A stretch of 64,000 nt of DNA, from the NCBI RefSeq assembly GCF_035084215.1, contig NW_027139442.1:4154001-4218000 (forward strand), written 5' to 3'. Origin of the DNA: Heptranchias perlo. Its lineage: Eukaryota. A program made the translations under genes and the position numbers. Below, one piece after another: positions 25,901 to 40,269 of this stretch; position 1 is the first letter of the stretch; every line of letters starts with the position of its first letter. The notes below the pieces were generated by a model that was given only the letters and a program-made list of their open reading frames with translations, was not told where the DNA came from and did no database searches.

Positions 25901-26869
25901 ATTGTTATTCACTCTGTATCTATCAATCAGTACCATGTGTCAGTTCTATCTGGTATTTAATTTGTAGCTAAGGCTGAAATAATGTGAGAATTGAAACAGT
26001 GCCTTTCAATCTGAAACTGGGTGTGATTTTGGACTGGGAATTATTTATTTGCCAGTCAGCGGTACTGAGTCATTGTGAAATAGAAATTCCGTCTGTCTCT
26101 CCTGCTCTGTTTGACTGTTGGATTGGGATCAGTGTGGTATTGACCATTTCTGCTATCTGAGAATGTGGAACTGATGACCAGTCTGTGTCTCTATGCTCTG
26201 AGTGTTAATGTACATACTGTGTGTGAGAAGGAGCTGGCTGCACTGACTGCTCCTTGTGCCTCGGGTGGAGTAAACATCACACTGATTCTGGGTCCTTCAA
26301 CGAATTGACTGATGGAAAAAAAACTGTCTCTTGTAACTCAAGAACAGGTGAGGTAGAAAAAACCAAAAGTGATCAATTGAATCTCTCTGTTAATAATCAT
26401 TGTAATATCCACAAAGGAAAAACAGCGATACAAACAGTGTCAGTGTCTGATTCCACTGCAGTACTGCAGCACTCAGCTTCTGCACACCAGGTGTGTTGGG
26501 CAATTTTACAATTTAGTGACATCCAGACACAACCCAACCCCTGCACTGATCCATGAATGGGTCTACCCGATTGGGCAGGGACCTTTGTACATATCAGATT
26601 TCTACTCCCCTTTCTCATGGGACTAACCGTTCAACCGAAACAAAACAGCCGCTGTTTAAAATGTGACCTTCACACTTCTCACCTGATGCCTGCAATAGAT
26701 GCTCTTTGTATAACTCCCCATATCCTTACTGTCCGGCTCTGTTTACTGTTCAATAACAAACACTAAAGGTTAATGGGCAGGTTTAAAAAATCAGATTTAG
26801 TACCTGCCACCAATCACAAACACGCTCACACTGCACATTGTCCGGTTTCAGCAATTTGTTCTGAACTGT

Positions 26870-26900
26870 TGCAGTTCTGCTTTCGGCAAGTAGATGTCCC
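26870..26900 (+). promoter_or_regulatory. CTCF-like site next to a truncated H2B promoter
   Basis: TGCAGTTCTG-ctttcgg-CAAGTAGATGTCCC. Confidence 0.45.
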
Positions 26901-27484
26901 CAAACCCCGGGTCATTGAAGTTTGCAGATGAGAGAGGGACAGAAGATAAACTCATTCTTCACATTATATTGCACGAGTGGGATTTAGAAAAAATGGAGAC
27001 GAGCTGCAAGTACATTTTTTTGGACCAAAAACTACTTGTAATGCTGTGTTAAATTCTTGTAATCGATTTAGGGCGTATAGTCAATATTGAGGAAGACTGG
27101 GACAAAATAAACTTGCAGAACGGCCGTGTAAATGGTCATTGAATTTCAATATAGAAAAGTGTGAGGTGGTGCATTTCGCTCGGGGGAATAAGGAGGCCAC
27201 ATACTGCATGGAAAATAAGAGTCTAAATGGGGTAGAGGAGCAATGTAAATCATCCTGAGATATCAGCGAGAAATACTTCGCAATGTAAAGCGAAATACAA
27301 TGGGGTAAATTCACAACTATCGAATGAGTGAAACAAAAACTTTATTATGAATCAATTGTCTTCATTTTTCACCGTCAAAAAGTGCAAAAATACGAGAGTG
27401 AAAGTTGCAGACCGAAACTTCCATCACATTGCACATTATCCTCTTTCTGTGACCACGACAGATAATGTGAATTTGTTCCCTCAT

Positions 27485-27516
27485 TACAGTACTCGCTTAC
27501 GGCCAGTAGATGTCAG
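27485..27516 (+). promoter_or_regulatory. CTCF-like site at satellite edge
   Basis: TACAGTACTC-gcttacgg-CCAGTAGATGTCAG. Confidence 0.55.
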
Positions 27517-27749
27517 TCTCTAGCACTGTACATGAGAGTGGGGTTGATTCTGTCATTGTCAGTCTCTGGTACTGTGCGTGAGTTTGGGATTCATTCAGTA
27601 TCTGTCAATCTCTGGTACTGAGTGTGAGCATGGGGTATGTTCTGCATCTTTCAGTCTCAGGTACTATATATAAGTGATGGATTCATTCTGTATCTGTCAG
27701 TCTCTGGTACTTTATGTGAGTGTGGGATTATTTCTGTATCTGTCATTTT

Positions 27750-30700
27750 CTGGTGCTGTATGTGAGTGTGGGATTCATTCTGTATCTGCCATTCTCTGCT
27801 ACTTTATCTCAGTGTGGGATTCATTCTGTCATTCAGTCTCTGAGACAATGTGCAAGTCTGGATTCATTCTGTATTCTTATTTCAGTTAACAGTATCGTAT
27901 TTGAAACTGTATCTTTAATGCTTTAAATTATATATAGTTCTTCGTCGATTATTTACGTTGTTAATATGGATACATTTTTCGATTTTCTTTATTCAAACAA
28001 TGTGTGAGAGTTTTGGAGCAGTATTATATCTTAATCTCTGAACTGTATTGTGAATGATAATGTACGTTTCAATCTGTTCCCGGTGAAATTATTGGACTGG
28101 TATGTAATGAGTAGCTCAGTCTGCAATAATGGGATTAATTCTGTATCTGAGTCTAACACGACATGTGATTTTTGGACACGATATGTAATATGTAGCTCAT
28201 CCTGCACTAAAGGAATTGATACTGTATCTATCAGTCTTATACTGTATGAAGTTTTTGGACTGGTGAGTAACATGTAGTTCAGTCTGTGCTAATGGAATTG
28301 ATATTATATCTTTGAGTCTGATAAGGTATGAGATTCTTGGATTGCTATATAATGTGTGGCTCAGACTGCACTAATGAAATCGATACTGTACCTTTCAGTC
28401 TAACATTGTATGAGATTGTTGGACTGTTATATAATGTTTAGCTCAGGCGGTGCTAAAAGAATTTAAACTATATCTTTCAGTCTGATCATTTATGTGATTT
28501 TTGGACTCGTATGTAATGTGTAGCTCAGTCTGCACCAATGGTATTGATAATATTTATATCTGTATAATACTGAGTATTTACCAATATATCTAATATGTAG
28601 CTCAGTCTGCACTAATGGAATTTATACTTTATCTTTCAATCTGATACTATGAGATCTTTGGACTGGTCTGTAAAGTGTAACTCAGTCTGCAGTAATGTGA
28701 CTGTGACATTCATTCTGTATCCGTCAGTCTCTGGTACTTTTTGAGTGAGAGATTCATTCTGTATCTGTCAGTCCCTGGTACTGTGCGCGAGTGAGATTCA
28801 TTCTGTTCCGGATACTGTATGTGAGTGTAGGATTCATTCTATATCTGTCAGTCTCTGGTACTGAGTGTGAGCATGGGGTATATTCTGCATCTCTCAGTCT
28901 CAGGGGTATTACATATAAGTGATGGATTCATTCTGTATCTGTCAGTCTCTGGTGCTATCTGTGTGTGTGGGATTCATTCTGTATCTGCCATTCTCTGCTA
29001 CTTTATCTCAGTGTGGGATTCATTCTGTAATTCTGTCTCTGAGACAATGTGCAAGTCTGGATTCATTCTGTATTCTTATTTCAGTTTACAGTATCGTATT
29101 TGAAACTGTATCTTTAATGCTTTAAATTATATATAGTTCTTCGTCGATTATTTACGTTGTTAATATGGATACATTTTTCGATTTTCTTTATTCAAACAAT
29201 GTGTGAGAGTTTTGGAGCAGTATTATATCTTAATCTCTGAACTGTATTGTGAATGATAATGTACGTTTCAATCTGTTCCCGGTGAAATTATTGGACTGGT
29301 ATGTAATGAGTAGCTCAGTCTGCAATAATGGGATTAATTCTGTATCTGAGTCTAACACGACATGTGATTTTTGGACACGATATGTAATATGTAGCTCATC
29401 CTGCACTAAAGGAATTGATACTGTATCTATCAGTCTTATACTGTATGAAGTTTTTGGACTGGTGAGTAACATGTAGTTCAGTCTGTGCTAATGGAATTGA
29501 TATTATGTCTTTGAGTCTGATAAGGTATGAGATTCTTGGATTGCTATATAATGTGTGGCTCAGTCTGCACTAATGAAATCGATACTGTACCTTTCAGTCT
29601 AACATTGTATGAGATTGTTGGACTGTTATATAATGTTTAGCTCAGGCGGTGCTAAAAGAATTTAAACTATATCTTTCAGTCTGATCATTTATGTGATTTT
29701 TGGACTCGTATGTAATGTGTAGCTCAGTCTGCACCAATGGTATTGATAATATTTATATCTGTATAATACTGAGTATTTACCAATATATCTAATATGTAGC
29801 TCAGTCTGCACTAATGGAATTTATACTTTATCTTTCAATCTGATACTATGAGATCTTTGGACTGGTCTGTAAAGTGTAACTCAGTCTGCAGTAATGTGAC
29901 TGTGACATTCATTCTGTATCCGTCAGTCTCTGGTACTTTTTGAGTGAGAGATTCATTCTGTATCTGTCAGTCCCTGGTACTGTGCGCGAGTGAGATTCAT
30001 TCTGTTCCGGATACTGTATGTGAGTGTAGGATTCATTCTATATCTGTCAGTCTCTGGTACTGAGTGTGAGCATGGGGTATATTCTGCATCTCTCAGTCTC
30101 AGGGGTATTACATATAAGTGATGGATTCATTCTGTATCTGTCAGTCTCTGGTGCTATCTGTGTGTGTGGGATTCATTCTGTATCTGCCATTCTCTGCTAC
30201 TTTATCTCAGTGTGGGATTCATTCTGTAATTCTGTCTCTGAGACAATGTGCAAGTCTGGATTCATTCTGTATTCTTATTTCAGTTTACAGTATCGTATTT
30301 GAAACTGTATCTTTAATGCTTTAAATTATATATAGTTCTTCGTCGATTATTTACGTTGTTAATATGGATACATTTTTCGATTTTCTTTATTCAAACAATG
30401 TGTGAGAGTTTTGGAGCAGTATTATATCTTAATCTCTGAACTGTATTGTGAATGATAATGTACGTTTCAATCTGTTCCCGGTGAAATTATTGGACTGGTA
30501 TGTAATGAGTAGCTCAGTCTGCAATAATGGGATTAATTCTGTATCTGAGTCTAACACGACATGTGATTTTTGGACACGATATGTAATATGTAGCTCATCC
30601 TGCACTAAAGGAATTGATACTGTATCTATCAGTCTTATACTGTATGAAGTTTTTGGACTGGTGAGTAACATGTAGTTCAGTCTGTGCTAATGGAATTGAT

Positions 30701-33700
30701 ATTATGTCTTTGAGTCTGATAAGGTATGAGATTCTTGGATTGCTATATAATGTGTGGCTCAGTCTGCACTAATGAAATCGATACTGTACCTTTCAGTCTA
30801 ACATTGTATGAGATTGTTGGACTGTTATATAATGTTTAGCTCAGGCGGTGCTAAAAGAATTTAAACTATATCTTTCAGTCTGATCATTTATGTGATTTTT
30901 GGACTCGTATGTAATGTGTAGCTCAGTCTGCACCAATGGTATTGATAATATTTATATCTGTATAATACTGAGTATTTACCAATATATCTAATATGTAGCT
31001 CAGTCTGCACTAATGGAATTTATACTTTATCTTTCAATCTGATACTATGAGATCTTTGGACTGGTCTGTAAAGTGTAACTCAGTCTGCAGTAATGTGACT
31101 GTGACATTCATTCTGTATCCGTCAGTCTCTGGTACTTTTTGAGTGAGAGATTCATTCTGTATCTGTCAGTCCCTGGTACTGTGCGCGAGTGAGATTCATT
31201 CTGTTCCGGATACTGTATGTGAGTGTAGGATTCATTCTATATCTGTCAGTCTCTGGTACTGAGTGTGAGCATGGGGTATATTCTGCATCTCTCAGTCTCA
31301 GGGGTATTACATATAAGTGATGGATTCATTCTGTATCTGTCAGTCTCTGGTGCTATCTGTGTGTGTGGGATTCATTCTGTATCTGCCATTCTCTGCTACT
31401 TTATCTCAGTGTGGGATTCATTCTGTAATTCTGTCTCTGAGACAATGTGCAAGTCTGGATTCATTCTGTATTCTTATTTCAGTTTACAGTATCGTATTTG
31501 AAACTGTATCTTTAATGCTTTAAATTATATATAGTTCTTCGTCGATTATTTACGTTGTTAATATGGATACATTTTTCGATTTTCTTTATTCAAACAATGT
31601 GTGAGAGTTTTGGAGCAGTATTATATCTTAATCTCTGAACTGTATTGTGAATGATAATGTACGTTTCAATCTGTTCCCGGTGAAATTATTGGACTGGTAT
31701 GTAATGAGTAGCTCAGTCTGCAATAATGGGATTAATTCTGTATCTGAGTCTAACACGACATGTGATTTTTGGACACGATATGTAATATGTAGCTCATCCT
31801 GCACTAAAGGAATTGATACTGTATCTATCAGTCTTATACTGTATGAAGTTTTTGGACTGGTGAGTAACATGTAGTTCAGTCTGTGCTAATGGAATTGATA
31901 TTATGTCTTTGAGTCTGATAAGGTATGAGATTCTTGGATTGCTATATAATGTGTGGCTCAGTCTGCACTAATGAAATCGATACTGTACCTTTCAGTCTAA
32001 CATTGTATGAGATTGTTGGACTGTTATATAATGTTTAGCTCAGGCGGTGCTAAAAGAATTTAAACTATATCTTTCAGTCTGATCATTTATGTGATTTTTG
32101 GACTCGTATGTAATGTGTAGCTCAGTCTGCACCAATGGTATTGATAATATTTATATCTGTATAATACTGAGTATTTACCAATATATCTAATATGTAGCTC
32201 AGTCTGCACTAATGGAATTTATACTTTATCTTTCAATCTGATACTATGAGATCTTTGGACTGGTCTGTAAAGTGTAACTCAGTCTGCAGTAATGTGACTG
32301 TGACATTCATTCTGTATCCGTCAGTCTCTGGTACTTTTTGAGTGAGAGATTCATTCTGTATCTGTCAGTCCCTGGTACTGTGCGCGAGTGAGATTCATTC
32401 TGTTCCGGATACTGTATGTGAGTGTAGGATTCATTTTATATCTGTCAGTCTCTGGTACTGAGTGTGAGCATGGGATATATTCTGCATCTCTCAGTCTCAG
32501 GGGTATTACATATAAGTGATGGATTCATTCTGTATCTGTCAGTCTCTGGTGCTATCTGTGTGTGTGGGATTCATTCTGTATCTGCCATTCTCTGCTACTT
32601 TATCTCAGTGTGGGATTCATTCTGTAATTCTGTCTCTGAGACAATGTGCAAGTCTGGATTCATTCTGTATTCTTATTTCAGTTTACAGTATCGTATTTGA
32701 AACTGTATCTTTAATGCTTTAAATTATATATAGTTCTTCGTCGATTATTTACGTTGTTAATATGGATACATTTTTCGATTTTCTTTATTCAAACAATGTG
32801 TGAGAGTTTTGGAGCAGTATTATATCTTAATCTCTGAACTGTATTGTGAATGATAATGTACGTTTCAATCTGTTCCCGGTGAAATTATTGGACTGGTATG
32901 TAATGAGTAGCTCAGTCTGCAATAATGGGATTAATTCTGTATCTGAGTCTAACACGACATGTGATTTTTGGACACGATATGTAATATGTAGCTCATCCTG
33001 CACTAAAGGAATTGATACTGTATCTATCAGTCTTATACTGTATGAAGTTTTTGGACTGGTGAGTAACATGTAGTTCAGTCTGTGCTAATGGAATTGATAT
33101 TATGTCTTTGAGTCTGATAAGGTATGAGATTCTTGGATTGCTATATAATGTGTGGCTCAGTCTGCACTAATGAAATCGATACTGTACCTTTCAGTCTAAC
33201 ATTGTATGAGATTGTTGGACTGTTATATAATGTTTAGCTCAGGCGGTGCTAAAAGAATTTAAACTATATCTTTCAGTCTGATCATTTATGTGATTTTTGG
33301 ACTCGTATGTAATGTGTAGCTCAGTCTGCACCAATGGTATTGATAATATTTATATCTGTATAATACTGAGTATTTACCAATATATCTAATATGTAGCTCA
33401 GTCTGCACTAATGGAATTTATACTTTATCTTTCAATCTGATACTATGAGATCTTTGGACTGGTCTGTAAAGTGTAACTCAGTCTGCAGTAATGTGACTGT
33501 GACATTCATTCTGTATCCGTCAGTCTCTGGTACTTTTTGAGTGAGAGATTCATTCTGTATCTGTCAGTCCCTGGTACTGTGCGCGAGTGAGATTCATTCT
33601 GTTCCGGATACTGTATGTGAGTGTAGGATTCATTCTATATCTGTCAGTCTCTGGTACTGAGTGTGAGCATGGGGTATATTCTGCATCTCTCAGTCTCAGG

Positions 33701-35060
33701 GGTATTACATATAAGTGATGGATTCATTCTGTATCTGTCAGTCTCTGGTGCTATCTGTGTGTGTGGGATTCATTCTGTATCTGCCATTCTCTGCTACTTT
33801 ATCTCAGTGTGGGATTCATTCTGTAATTCTGTCTCTGAGACAATGTGCAAGTCTGGATTCATTCTGTATTCTTATTTCAGTTTACAGTATCGTATTTGAA
33901 ACTGTATCTTTAATGCTTTAAATTATATATAGTTCTTCGTCGATTATTTACGTTGTTAATATGGATACATTTTTCGATTTTCTTTATTCAAACAATGTGT
34001 GAGAGTTTTGGAGCAGTATTATATCTTAATCTCTGAACTGTATTGTGAATGATAATGTACGTTTCAATCTGTTCCCGGTGAAATTATTGGACTGGTATGT
34101 AATGAGTAGCTCAGTCTGCAATAATGGGATTAATTCTGTATCTGAGTCTAACACGACATGTGATTTTTGGACACGATATGTAATATGTAGCTCATCCTGC
34201 ACTAAAGGAATTGATACTGTATCTATCAGTCTTATACTGTATGAAGTTTTTGGACTGGTGAGTAACATGTAGTTCAGTCTGTGCTAATGGAATTGATATT
34301 ATGTCTTTGAGTCTGATAAGGTATGAGATTCTTGGATTGCTATATAATGTGTGGCTCAGTCTGCACTAATGAAATCGATACTGTACCTTTCAGTCTAACA
34401 TTGTATGAGATTGTTGGACTGTTATATAATGTTTAGCTCAGGCGGTGCTAAAAGAATTTAAACTATATCTTTCAGTCTGATCATTTATGTGATTTTTGGA
34501 CTCGTATGTAATGTGTAGCTCAGTCTGCACCAATGGTATTGATAATATTTATATCTGTATAATACTGAGTATTTACCAATATATCTAATATGTAGCTCAG
34601 TCTGCACTAATGGAATTTGTACTTTATCTTTCAATCTGATACTATGAGATCTTTGGACTGGTCTGTAAAGTGTAACTCAGTCTGCAGTAATGTGACTGTG
34701 ACATTCATTCTGTATCCGTCAGTCTCTGGTACTTTTTGAGTGAGAGATTCATTCTGTATCTGTCAGTCCCTGGTACTGTGCGCGAGTGAGATTCATTCTG
34801 TTCCGGATACTGTATGTGAGTGTAGGATTCATTCTATATCTGTCAGTCTCTGGTACTGAGTGTGAGCATGGGGTATATTCTGCATCTCTCAGTCTCAGGG
34901 GTATTACATATAAGTGATGGATTCATTCTGTATCTGTCAGTCTCTGGTGCTATCTGTGTGTGTGGGATTCATTCTGTATCTGCCATTCTCTGCTACTTTA
35001 TCTCAGTGTGGGATTCATTCTGTAATTCAGTCTCTGAGACAATGTGCAAGTCTGGATTCA
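27750..35060. repeat. 1199-bp higher-order tandem repeat, ~6 near-identical copies
   Basis: Identical ORFs recur at 28031, 29230, 30429, 31628, 32827 and 34026 (period 1199); the unit is built from 46- and 82-bp satellite subunits. Confidence 0.97.
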
Positions 35061-37300
35061 TTCGGTGTTCTTATTTCAGTTTACAGTATCGTTTTTGAAA
35101 CTGTAGATTTAATAATTTAAATTATATACAGTTATTCATCGAGTATTTAATTTGTTAATATGGATGCACTTTTCAATTTTCTTTAATCAAACAATGTGTG
35201 TGAGTTTTGGAGTAGTATTACATCTTAATCTATGAACTTTATTGTGAATGATAATGTACCTTTCAATCTGTTCCCGGTGAAATTATTGGACCCTTATGTA
35301 ATGTTTAGTTTATTCTGCAATAATGGGATTAATTCTGTATCTCAGTCTAAACTGTATGAGATTTTTGGACTGGTGTGTAACATGTAGCTCTGTCTGTGCT
35401 AATGCAATTGATATTGTATCTTTGAGTCTGATCAGGTATGAGATTCTTGGACTGCTATATAATGTGTGGCTCAGTCTGCACTCATGAAATCGATACTACA
35501 TCTTTTAGTCTAATATTTTATGGGATTTCCAGTCTGGTATGTAATGTACAGCTCAGGCAGTGCCAATAGAATTGAAACTCTATTTTCCAGTCTGATCATT
35601 TATGAGGTTTTTGGATTCGTATGTAATGTGTAGTTCAGTCTGTACCAATGGTATTGATACTGTTTATTTCAGTATAATACTCCATGAGTATTTACCAATA
35701 TATCTAATATGTAGCTCAGTCTGCGCTAATAGAATTGATACTGCACCTTTAAATCTGACACTATGAGATTTTTGGACTGGTATGTAATGTGTAACTAAGA
35801 CAGCATTGATGGAATTGATGAGGTATCTTTCGATCTGCGACTGTGAGATTTTTGCTCTGGTACGTAATGTGTAACTCAGCCTGCACTAATGTAGGTGACT
35901 CTGAGATTCATTTTGTATCTCTCAGTCTCTGGTACTGACTGTGAGTGTGGGATTCATGCTGTAACTGTCACTCTCTGGTACTCTATTTGATTGTGGGATT
36001 CATTCTGCATTTCCATTCTCTAGTACTGTGTGTGGGTGTTGAATTATTTCCATATATCCAGTTTCTCATAATGTATGTTGGTGTGAGATTCATACTGTAT
36101 CTGTCAGTCTCTGGTACTGTGTGTGAGTGTGAGATTAATTCTGTATCTGCCAATCTCAGGTACTGCGTGTGAGTGTGGCATTCATTCTGTATCTCTCAGT
36201 CTCTGGCACTGTGTGTGAGTGTGGGATTCATTCTGTATCTGTCAGTCTCTGGTGCTGTGTGTGAGATTCATTCTGCATCTGCCAATCTCAGGTACTGTGT
36301 GTGAGTGTGGGATTCATTCTGTATCTGTCAGTCTCTGGTATTGTGTATGAGTGTGAGATTCATTCTGTATCTGCCAAACTCAGGTACTGTGTGTGAGATT
36401 CATTCTGTATCTGCCAATCTCAGGTACTGTGTGTGAGTGTGGGATTCAGTCTGTATCTGTCAGTCTCGAGTACTGTGTGTGAGTGTGAGATTCATTCTGT
36501 ACTCTGTCAGACTGTGGTACTGTACGTGAGTGTGGTCTTCATTCTGTATCTGCCAATCTCAGGTACTGTGTTTGAGTTTGGGATTTATTTTGTATCTCTC
36601 AGTCTCTAGTGCTTTATGAGAGTGTGGGATGGTTTTGCTATCTGTCAGTCCTTGGTACTGTATGTCAGTGTGTGATACATTCTGTATCTGACATCTCTAG
36701 CACCATACTTGAGTGTTGGATTCAATCTGTGTCTGGCAAACTCTAGTACTGTCTGTGAGTGTGGGATTCATTCTGTGTTTGTGTGTCTCTGTACTGTATC
36801 TGAGTGTGAGATTCATTCTGTATCTGTATATAATTATTCTCTCAGATTACATTATGGTGTTCAATACTCTAGCTTTACGATCTTAATGTTTAAACAGTTT
36901 TTTCCCAGTATTTAATTGGTAAACATGGATACACTTTAGGATTTGATGCTGGAGGTTTTAATCAGAAGATTTGTGTTTTTTGGACGAGTATCATATCAGT
37001 ATCTCTGTGAGCACTATTGTGAATGATAATATTTCTTTCAAACTGATATGGTGACATTTTTGAATTGGTATATAATGTGTCGATCAGCCTGCAGTAAAGG
37101 AATTGATACTGTATCTTTAAATCTCATGCTATGAGTATATTATAAACTGGTATCTAATTTGTTTCTCAGGTTACACTGTCACAGCATTTCTCAATCTGAT
37201 ATTGTACATGATTTTTGGACTTGCAATTTGTATTCGAATGGTACACTATTCGAATGGATACTGCGTGTATTAAACTCCCGCGTGGGTGTGAGGGTTCTGG
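35060..37300 (-). repeat. Diverged continuation of the 46/82-bp satellite
   Basis: gtgggattcattctgtatctgtcagtctctggtactgtgtgtga units, densest at 35900-36830. Confidence 0.88.
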
Positions 37301-38244
37301 GCTAGTATTCAATTGGAATCTCGGGGTATCTGGTTTTTAATTCATGGCGAATGCTGCACTTCTTGGAAATTGACAATCTGATAGTGTGATCTTGGACTGG
37401 GATTTTTGTATCTTCCTGTCAGCGGGACTGAGTTCGGGTGCAATGGAACAGCGTCTGCCTCACCTGCTCTGTTTGACTGTTGGATTGAAAATGTGTCTCT
37501 GGAACTTGAGATCAGTGTGGAACTGACTACGTCTGCTGTCTGAGACTGTGGAACTGATGACCTGTCTGTGTCTCTGTGCTCTGAGAGTGATAATATACCT
37601 ACTGTGTGAGAGAAGGAGTTGGCTGCACTGTTCCTTTGTCTCGGGGGGAGGAAACTTCACATTCATTCTGGATCATTCTCGGATTTGCCTGTAGAAAGAA
37701 AATTATCTCTTGTTACTCAATAACAGGTGAGGTAGAAAATACAAAAGTGATCAGTTTAATAGCTCTGTTAATAATTATTTTGTGCTTCGACAAATGAAAA
37801 CCAGTGATACAGTGTCAGTGTCTGACTCGACTGCAGTACTGCAGCACTCAGCTTCAGCATACCAGGTGTGTTAGGCTGTTTTAGAACAATTTAGTGACAT
37901 CCAGACAAAATGCAACCCCTGCACTGATCCATGAATGGGACTACCCTATGGGGCAGGGCCCTTTGTACAGGTCGGGTTTCTAATCCCCTCTCCCATGGGA
38001 CTAACCGTTCAACAGAAAGCAAAGAGCCGCTGTTTGAAATGTGTCCTTCACACTTCTCACCTGGTGCTTTCAATAGATGCTGTTTGCATAACTCCCCACA
38101 TCCTTACTGTCCGGCTCTGTTTCCACTCTTCACTGTCCAATAACAATAAACAGAGTGAGACTGGAACTAAACCAGGAACATTCACTACTGGTTTGGGGAG
38201 AGAAAGCAGCAATGATTTTAAATAGCACGTTCTTCCCATTCTCT

Positions 38245-38665
38245 CTCCCTTCCCCTGGACACACCCGGTACACACACAGCCCGAGAATGACCTCTCCCTT
38301 CCCCCGCTCACTCCATGTTCCGGGACCAGTTCCTGATCCACTCCGCCTCTTACAAACAGCCCCCGGACTCCCCCTGACCTTCCCCTGGACTCAATGCCGA
38401 TCTCTGAGCCCATCTTCGGACACGGTCTCGAAGCGATGAGCTGCTGTAACGAGGCTGCTCTTTGCTCCCTTCCCCCGGGGGCCGTGATCTCTCCATTCCC
38501 GGCTGTTTTAAACCATCTTCTTCCGCTCACTGAGGGAATGGCGCCCACAGGCCGAGCTGGGGGAGGGGATCGCGCATGCGCTCTTCTGCTCACCAACAAT
38601 CTGCGTTGGGGGCGGGGCTGATTCACGCATGCGCAGATATCTGGTTTAATTCCCAATACAAAAAT
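38245..38665 (-). promoter_or_regulatory. CpG-rich promoter-like module, copy 2
   Basis: Reverse-complement paralog of 5480-5900; CGCGCATGCG 38571, CACGCATGCGCA ~38624, GGGGCGGGG. Confidence 0.55.
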
Positions 38666-40269
38666 CGATGGAAACTTTCCCCAATTCGAATTTTTCAGAG
38701 TCTGAGCAAATCCGAGAAGGATCCAGAATGAATGTGAAGTTTCCTCCCCCCGAGACAAAGGAACAGTGCAGCCAACTCCTTCTCACACACAGTATGTATA
38801 TTATCACTCTCAGAAAGGTCAAAGGGAATGGGGTCCACAGGCAGTGCAGGAACAGGCACCAGAATGGAAACAGATGGGATTCCACCAGTGCCTAACGCTG
38901 GAATCCAGACTGACTTTACAATCTCTCACTATTAAACTCGATGTTTCCATCCCTGCTGTTTCTCTCGGTATCTTTTGATGGTAAAAGGCCTTTTATAGAT
39001 AAAATGGGCGGCTGTGAAATGAGCCAATGGGTTCTGTTCATTCTTGGCTCCCTGACTGATAAAGCAACGCGTGGCTCCGAAACTGGAGGGAGGATTTCTC
39101 AAACCAATCCTGGAGAAACAGCGGAGGAAAGTGGGAGTCCGTATGTTTGCTGCGACCGTGTGGGATTAACATCTGACAGCAACAGTCCCAGATTATTTCA
39201 ATCGGAATGAAACTCTCGGTCACTGAGAGAAATACTGAATGGGCCTGAGCTGCAAAGATTACAAAGGGTGAAACATGCAAGAGATGGTTAAATGTGTGAC
39301 ACTGTCCCTGAGAATGGGATTAATAATGTGTCTGTCTCTGAAATAATTTTAGTGAGAGATGAGACTGCATCTTCTGTCACTCCACCTTGGAATAGCAATT
39401 GGAATGGAATATTTTTTCCAATTTGCTACTGGGTGAAAACTGGACATTCCAGGTCAGTTTTTCTCTCTCTCTTTTGCACAGCATATGAATGTGGGATCCT
39501 GTTATTGAGTGTGAAACGGACATACTGATAGGAAGTGTGAGACTGATGCATTGTCTGTGTGTGTGTCTCTGTCTGTCTGTTTATCTGTCGGTCTGTCTTT
39601 CTCTCTCTCCAGCGCTGTAAATGAAAGCGAAATACTGTTACTGATCTTAATATCGACACCCTGGTGGAAGGTAAAGACTGATTCAGTGTTTGTGAACAGA
39701 CCTCCGGTGCTGTTGGTGAGACGGTCACTGTCCCTTCTATTATGTATGAGCCGGATTGACGGTGCATTTATCAGTCTCCAGTCCAATAAGGAAAGGTGGG
39801 GAGAAACAGCCTGGAACGGCCTGACACTGGACTGCCTGTTAGTGTTGAATTTATTCTGTAACTAGCCGTCTCTGGGTGTTGAGAATGGGACGGATAGGAC
39901 ACCAGTTACTATTGTCTGTCAGGCAGTTTAGGAGGAGAGAGAAACACAGAGAGACTGGAAGAGCCCAGAGCGGAAAATTTGTATTATCGTCTTAACCAAA
40001 CATATTTCTGTGTACGAAAGTATAATATTTTAAAACCAGATGTGAATTATCACACCAACAGCTGTGATTGGCTCCTGCCCCTGAATCTGGGGACCAGACA
40101 CTGTGAGGAGCGCCTGCCTCAGAGTGTTTAACAGTTACTGAGCTGGGAAACGACAACTAACCCCCGAGAATCTGCTGCACAGGCCGAGCGGGGAGGAAAG
40201 CCTGTCCCGGGAATTGTCAATCTGGCGACCAGTTTGACCTGTGAATGTGAAGATGTGAACATTGTGTCA

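Noticed and set aside
27674-35120. Recurring 68-80-aa Cys/Val/Ser-rich ORFs
   Set aside because: They are translations of satellite DNA repeated with the 1199-bp period and show no protein features
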